In this document: positions 59,082-64,000 of the stretch, piece by piece | How the letters are laid out: each line of letters opens with the position of its first letter | Numbering within the stretch: the first letter of the stretch is position 1 | NCBI GenBank assembly: GCA_043809315.1 | Contig: JAZDDX010000015.1 | Coordinates: 1 to 64,000, forward strand | Length of the DNA: 64,000 bases | Direction: 5' to 3' | DNA from: Pseudomonadota bacterium | Lineage (GTDB): Bacteria; Bdellovibrionota_G; JALEGL01; DATDPG01 | Made by a program: the position numbers and the translations under genes | Notes under the pieces: generated by a model | Told to the model about the DNA's origin: nothing | The model's input: the letters and a program-made list of their open reading frames with translations, nothing else | The model's database searches: none

Positions 59082-62000
59082 ATGGAGCGCAAACGCCTAT
59101 TCGTGGTGGGCGTGGACGGGGAGCCGGAGCAGGAGGGGATCCCGAGAGACGTTTTCTGGGTTCCGGCTGGGTCCAAGGGGGGCGTGTTCGTCTTTGGGGC
59201 CAAAGAGAGGTCCGAAGACGATGCCGAGCGGGCACTTCACTTCACCCTCCAGTTCTGCGACTCGCCGCATCGCACGATTGTCAAATACGTTCCCGTGGAG
59301 ATTTCAGGGGAAAGGGTCTCGATCGGCTGGGAGAACGAGATCGTCCCGGAACTCAAGCGTATTGCTCGAGGTGAAGTTTCCGTCTCCTCCGAGTTGGCAC
59401 AGATCTTTGAGCGACTTTTCATCTTCGAGCGGGTTGACGAAGAGAAAGCTGAGCTGTTCCTTCTTCGCGGCGATCGCCGGAGACCGACCCGGACACGAGG
59501 TCTATCATCGAAATACAGTCGCCTGATCGGAAGAAAGACAGAGTTGGAACGACTTGCGGAACTCGTTCAACAGATTCAGGAAGATCAAGGCCAGGTTGTC
59601 GCACTGGTTGGCGCTCCCGGAATCGGGAAGACGCGCCTCAAGGTCGAGTTCAAAGAGCTGATGCAGCAGAAGAAGGTCGAGTTCTTCGAGGGGGTCCATC
59701 AATTCCGGATACCGGAGCCGTACCAGGGATTTCGGCAAATCATCACGGCCCTTCTCGATGCGCACGGGACGCGGCTGGATGGTTTGGGTCTTTCAATCGC
59801 GGAGTTTGACTACATCGAGTACCTGACGAAACCCGAGCGGCTTCCCCCCGGCTTAACAGGACTCACGGAGGAAGATCTTCGGAAAGGTCTCTTTTTCGCG
59901 GTTCGGAAGCTTCTGCATGCAGTCGGAAAGAAACCGCTTGTTCTCTTGTTTGAGGATCTACATTGGGCCGATCCGGCGACGTGCGATCTTCTAGAATATC
60001 TGATGGAGGGTGTCGAACAGACCAAACTATTGCTGGTCTTAATTCATCGACCGGAAGTGAAGAGGGAGTGGACCAAGAGGCTCAACTACACGGAGATCGA
60101 GATTCTTCCGTTTGTCGCGAAGGAGCTGGAGGCGTTTGTCAAAGAGGCCGCTAGTGTCGATCTGGTTCCGGGGACGTTGATTTCGATGCTTCAGTCGGTA
60201 TCGCTTGGAAATCCGCTGTTTGTGGAAGAAGTGTTGCGGCATTTGATGGAGTCGAAACGACTGGAGGTCGAAACGCTTTCAAGTCGGGAAAAGCTTTTGG
60301 CTGAGCGCGGATTGGATTTGTCCCGGGTTCCCAGCACGATTCATTCTTTGATCGCCTCCCGATTTGACAGGCTTCCGACCAATTTGAGAGAGGCTCTTCG
60401 TTGGGCGGCCGTCTTGGGGGTCATGTTTGACTACGAGGAGTACGTCGGAATCTTAACGGCAGAGCTCGGCGCTGACGCCGCCAAGGAGATATCGAAGCTG
60501 GTGGAACTTCGATACATGGATGAGAAAGCCGCGTTTCCGTCGCACCAGTACCAATTTACGCACGACCTGATTCACAATGTCGTTCTGGAAAATATCCCCG
60601 AGCAGGAGGCGAAGATCCTCCACCGAAAGATTGGCGAATTCTTGCGCCAAATGCACCAGGCCCCTGGATTCGAAATCCTTTTGCGGATTGCCGAACATTG
60701 TTTGCGTGGTGAGGATTCGAAGTTGGCTGTGGAGACCGCAGTTCGCGCAGGAGAGGCGGCCCTTGCCCTCTATCGTTTTCCTCAGGCCGAGCATCTTCTT
60801 TCCGAAGCGCTCAAGAGATGGAAAGAAACGAACCTTCCCGAAGTCTCTGTTCATTCGATCTATCTCCCGTTAGTTCAGGTGCTCCTCGAGACAGCCGACT
60901 TCGAAACGACAGAGAAGCTGTTGGAGGAGTGGAATACCCACAACGCGAGTGCCAGTTTGGAGGTGACGGCGGAGTATTGGACTTGTGTGATGCGATTGCA
61001 CGTGGCCCAATTGAAGCATGAGGAGGCCGTCGCGGCATCGGAGAAAGCCTTGGAAGTGTTGGATCAGTTGGGGGAGCGGGGTGAGAGGCGATATCGAATC
61101 GTCGAGAATCGATTGGGAGAACTGTACTCAGTCGCAAGAACTCGAGAAGCCGTTGAGGAGGGCAAGAAGGCGCTCGTGGAAATGGGCGACAGATGTTCCG
61201 GCGTTCGTCTGGGCATCGTAGGTCGGCTGGCAACATTTGCGGCTCGCGAAGGAAACGCATCTGTGGCTTTGGGACATTTGAAGGGAGCTGAAGATCTCTT
61301 GTCCCCCTCCATGTCTCCAATGGTTCGAAGTCAGTATAAGGTTCGGGCAAGTGCGGTCTATGAATATCTCGGGATGAGCGGTGAGGAGCGGCGCGTGCTC
61401 GACGACGCCGTTGAGATTTCCAAGGAAGCAGGACTTCGCGGCCTCTACGTTCAGGCACTTTCGCATCGAGGATCTGCGGCAAATGGCTGGGGGGACTATG
61501 TCGTCTCTTTTCGAGACCTTGAGGAAGCGTTGGTCGAAGCCCGGCGGATGAAGAGCCGTGGCATAGCGGAGTACTCGCTGTTCTGTATCGTGGACAACCT
61601 CCTTGATGTTGGGGCGCTCGAGCTTGCCCAAATAAGGTGGAAAGAATTCAAGGCAGAGTATCCCGATCCGACGGAACTTCGGCAAAAGGGACGAAGATTT
61701 GCGCTCGAAGCATCGCTCGCTGAGGCATTAGGACAGCACGAAGAAGCCTGCAGATGGAGAGAACAAGCGGGAAAGATCTTCGGAGAGATGGGGGACGCGG
61801 CATTTGAATTGCGATGTCGATTCCAGATTCTCTTATATCAAACGTTGGGTCACTTGCGTCCCATCGATGCAATCGTGGCTGACTTCAATCTTCTCGCCAA
61901 ATCCGCAGCCGAAGTGAAGACACCGACCACACATTTTGCTCGGAGACATGCGGCGTACTGGCTGGCAGCGCACGGCGGACACCCGGATCCTCGACCTGAA

Positions 62001-62225
62001 GAAGATTTCGATACGCTATCGTGCCCAGTCGCTTATTATCTTCAGTATATAACGGTAGCTAAGATTTCTTGGCTGAATTCAATTGGGAACACAAAGGCAG
62101 CCGATGATCTTCTTGCACGGTATCGCGTCGTGCGCGAAAAGATGAAAGAGAAGATCCCAGAGAGATTCCACAAGGAGTTTGACGCTCATGCTTTGTTTCG
62201 AATTCCACCCAGAGATTCTCGATAG
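59082..62225 (+). CDS. STAND/AAA_16 NTPase with degenerate cyclase-like N-terminus and TPR C-terminus
   Basis: LIGR..EL, Walker A GAPGIGKT, Walker B LLFEDLHWAD, GNPLFVEE, YQFTHDL; N-terminal FGA...EDDAERA. Confidence 0.88.
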   Translation: MERKRLFVVGVDGEPEQEGIPRDVFWVPAGSKGGVFVFGAKERSEDDAERALHFTLQFCDSPHRTIVKYVPVEISGERVSIGWENEIVPELKRIARGEVSVSSELAQIFERLFIFERVDEEKAELFLLRGDRRRPTRTRGLSSKYSRLIGRKTELERLAELVQQIQEDQGQVVALVGAPGIGKTRLKVEFKELMQQKKVEFFEGVHQFRIPEPYQGFRQIITALLDAHGTRLDGLGLSIAEFDYIEYLTKPERLPPGLTGLTEEDLRKGLFFAVRKLLHAVGKKPLVLLFEDLHWADPATCDLLEYLMEGVEQTKLLLVLIHRPEVKREWTKRLNYTEIEILPFVAKELEAFVKEAASVDLVPGTLISMLQSVSLGNPLFVEEVLRHLMESKRLEVETLSSREKLLAERGLDLSRVPSTIHSLIASRFDRLPTNLREALRWAAVLGVMFDYEEYVGILTAELGADAAKEISKLVELRYMDEKAAFPSHQYQFTHDLIHNVVLENIPEQEAKILHRKIGEFLRQMHQAPGFEILLRIAEHCLRGEDSKLAVETAVRAGEAALALYRFPQAEHLLSEALKRWKETNLPEVSVHSIYLPLVQVLLETADFETTEKLLEEWNTHNASASLEVTAEYWTCVMRLHVAQLKHEEAVAASEKALEVLDQLGERGERRYRIVENRLGELYSVARTREAVEEGKKALVEMGDRCSGVRLGIVGRLATFAAREGNASVALGHLKGAEDLLSPSMSPMVRSQYKVRASAVYEYLGMSGEERRVLDDAVEISKEAGLRGLYVQALSHRGSAANGWGDYVVSFRDLEEALVEARRMKSRGIAEYSLFCIVDNLLDVGALELAQIRWKEFKAEYPDPTELRQKGRRFALEASLAEALGQHEEACRWREQAGKIFGEMGDAAFELRCRFQILLYQTLGHLRPIDAIVADFNLLAKSAAEVKTPTTHFARRHAAYWLAAHGGHPDPRPEEDFDTLSCPVAYYLQYITVAKISWLNSIGNTKAADDLLARYRVVREKMKEKIPERFHKEFDAHALFRIPPRDSR

Positions 62226-62230
62226 AAACA

Positions 62231-62259
62231 AGAAAGGCTCGCGAATCGCGAGCCTTTCT
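62231..62259. terminator. Bidirectional hairpin terminator
   Basis: AGAAAGGCTCGCG-AAT-CGCGAGCCTTTCT, perfect 13-bp stem between convergent genes. Confidence 0.8.
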
Positions 62260-62286
62260 CTAGCTGGGGGCTAGGTCTCTTTCTTA

Positions 62287-62706
62287 TTAGAAAGAGAGAG
62301 GCGTTAAGTTAATGTTGCTGACATTGGCGGTCTCGAAAGCGTATGAGAAGGCGCCTTTGTCATCGACGGAAACTGTAACTGCTTTGTCGCCGGCTTCGAC
62401 TAAGACTGACCCGCAATCTGTGCAGGTTCCGGAGATCTGGACAGAGTACGAATCGCATTGCGGGACATTGCTCAATCGGTAGCTTCGTCCCCTTCCGCCA
62501 CCGTCGATGGCAAGAGAGTTCAGGTATTGTTTTCCCCTTCCACCACCGTCAATGGCATTGGTCGCCAACGAATCGTTGGCGCTCGCACAGCTCGCCGTAA
62601 TCGAGGTGGCGCTATCATCTAATTGGGCTAGGTTCGATACGTTCTGAGCGCACGCACCAACCAACCCAGTCAGAATCAGTGCCGCTAAGATCGCTGTGTT
62701 TTTCAT
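62287..62706 (-). CDS. Small lipoprotein with duplicated AIDGGGRG motif
   Basis: MKNTAILAALILTGLVGAC lipobox; start re-picked at 62706 downstream of the sigma54 site. Confidence 0.8.
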   Translation of the reverse strand: MKNTAILAALILTGLVGACAQNVSNLAQLDDSATSITASCASANDSLATNAIDGGGRGKQYLNSLAIDGGGRGRSYRLSNVPQCDSYSVQISGTCTDCGSVLVEAGDKAVTVSVDDKGAFSYAFETANVSNINLTPLSF

Positions 62707-62719
62707 GCCTCTGGGTATT

Positions 62720-62736
62720 TGCAAGACCTTTGCCAG
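62720..62736 (-). promoter_or_regulatory. sigma54 -24/-12 promoter
   Basis: Minus strand CTGGCAAAGGTCTTGCA, 13 nt before ATG 62706. Confidence 0.75.
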
Positions 62737-62933
62737 ATTTTGGTAGGCCCGCGCCCTACGTATGTGTTTGTTTTTACAACGAAAACTAACATGGTCTTCC
62801 TGGATCCATTGGCGAACGCCAGGCTCGGGAACTTGAGTTCCCTAACGTTAGTTCCGGTGACCGTTTTTGCAGGTTTCGAGACCTGGTTTCGGTTCACGTT
62901 TAGGTCTGTTGTTGGGGAAACTTTAGGGCAGGA

Positions 62934-63770
62934 CTACATTGGCCCACTGAGGGCGGAAGTAAGTTTCCGAAGTTGTTCCAACGATAATGTTTCCGCCCGT
63001 GAGGCGGGATCGATCCTTGCTTCGGTAAGGGCCTTTGCCACCTGTTCCTTCGAGAACTGAGAGTCGAGAAGGGAGTTCCGGAGCGACTTCCGGCGATGTT
63101 GAAAGATCTTGGCGGTGATCTGCCGGAGCGCTTCTTGCTCTTCCACGGGGACGAGAGGGGTTTTTAGTGGAGTAAGCCGCACCAGCCTCGATTCGACGTC
63201 CGGAGCCGGGAAAAAGCTTCCCGCTGAAATCGTCGGCCCTTTCTCCACCTCACAAAGTGCCTGCACCCAGATCGAGAGACGACCGTAATCCTTCGTTCCG
63301 ACGGTTCCCCCGAGACGATCGACCAGCTCGCTCTGGAAGAGGAGGCAGAAATCTCGGAAGAGAGGGAGGTGATCGAGGAGTTTTTCGAGGATCGGCGTGG
63401 AAATCGAATACGGGAGGTTCGAGACAACTCGGATTCCCGACGAGCTTGGGCTCGTGATGATTTTACTGACGTCGTATTCCAGGACATCAGCATGAATCAC
63501 CACGAGCCCAAGTTCGTTGGCAAAGCGTTCCTTTAGGATTTCAACCAACCGGGCATCTTTTTCGACCGCCCAGACTTTGCACCCGGCTCGGAGAAGCTCC
63601 TCGGTCATTGCCCCCAAACCGGGGCCAATCTCGAGGACACAGTCCCCGTTTTCGACCCCGGCCCAACGGACGATCTTCTGCGCGGTGCTCGAATGAATGA
63701 GAAAATTCTGCCCCAGCTTTCGCGAGGGGCGGATCTGTTTTTCTCTCAGATGCTCGATCCAGGAACTCAT
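62934..63770 (-). CDS. rsmA: 16S rRNA adenine dimethyltransferase
   Basis: LGQNFL, LEIGPGLG, VSNLPYSISTP, YGRLS, F.PAPDVES, RRKSLRN. Confidence 0.97.
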   Translation of the reverse strand: MSSWIEHLREKQIRPSRKLGQNFLIHSSTAQKIVRWAGVENGDCVLEIGPGLGAMTEELLRAGCKVWAVEKDARLVEILKERFANELGLVVIHADVLEYDVSKIITSPSSSGIRVVSNLPYSISTPILEKLLDHLPLFRDFCLLFQSELVDRLGGTVGTKDYGRLSIWVQALCEVEKGPTISAGSFFPAPDVESRLVRLTPLKTPLVPVEEQEALRQITAKIFQHRRKSLRNSLLDSQFSKEQVAKALTEARIDPASRAETLSLEQLRKLTSALSGPM

Positions 63771-64000
63771 GGCGGGATCGGCATCGTCGCCTGCGCGTTG
63801 AGCGTCAGGTCGTCCCGGTCCCCGCGTTTGAGTCGGGCGGTTCCGGCCGCCGCGATCATCGCCGCATTGTCGGTGCAGAACTCGAACGGTGTCAAATGGA
63901 GTCTCGCATTCCACTTCGTCGCCTCCTGTTCCAGGCGCTCTCGAATCCTCCGGTTCCGGGCGACGCCGCCGGCGACGACGAGGTTCCGGATCCCGTGCAT
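63767..64000 (-). CDS. tsaD: tRNA threonylcarbamoyltransferase TsaD, C-terminal part
   Basis: VVAGGVARN..R; CTDNAAMIA. Confidence 0.93.
   Translation of the reverse strand: MHGIRNLVVAGGVARNRRIRERLEQEATKWNARLHLTPFEFCTDNAAMIAAAGTARLKRGDRDDLTLNAQATMPIPP

Noticed and set aside
62740-62930. Short palindromes (GGGAACTTGAGTTCCC, CAGGTTTCGAGACCTG) as a riboswitch or sRNA
   Set aside because: They lie upstream of the sigma54 promoter and match no RNA family I recognise. They could be activator sites, but support is insufficient.

Overview
High-GC bacterial chromosomal window. Gene content (PilZ/DUF4388/J-like proteins, Haliangium-like shell proteins, many sigma54 promoters) suggests a 'deltaproteobacterial' lineage such as Myxococcota or Bdellovibrionota; this is inference. 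Left to right: (1) the right end of an integrated element (1-3267) ending in a 46-bp tRNA-Trp 3' fragment (att-like); (2) three tandem FN3 + GLUG-repeat lipoprotein paralogs; (3) a probable 6S RNA downstream of an ilvC-panB-coaX-coaBC-panC-site-2-protease operon; (4) dcd, then a small insert with a beta-propeller lipoprotein and a RelE/HigA-type TA pair whose toxin appears 5'-deleted; (5) a compact bacterial microcompartment locus (BMC-T, BMC-H, 3x BMC-P, acylating aldehyde dehydrogenase with an encapsulation peptide, no signature enzyme); (6) housekeeping genes (rhomboid, mutS, amidase, lnt, ybeY, phoH, proS, MoxR/DUF58/transglutaminase, purB, eno, dNK, SDR, TMTC-like); (7) a more AT-rich accessory block with a wHTH + HA-repeat pair, an orphan peptide-binding protein, a degenerate-cyclase STAND/TPR protein and a small lipoprotein with a duplicated AIDGGGRG motif; (8) rsmA and the end of tsaD. 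The strongest cross-window pattern is seven sigma54 -24/-12 motifs, each directly upstream of an exported protein and several nearly leaderless. All family calls are by eye from motifs; no database search was run.
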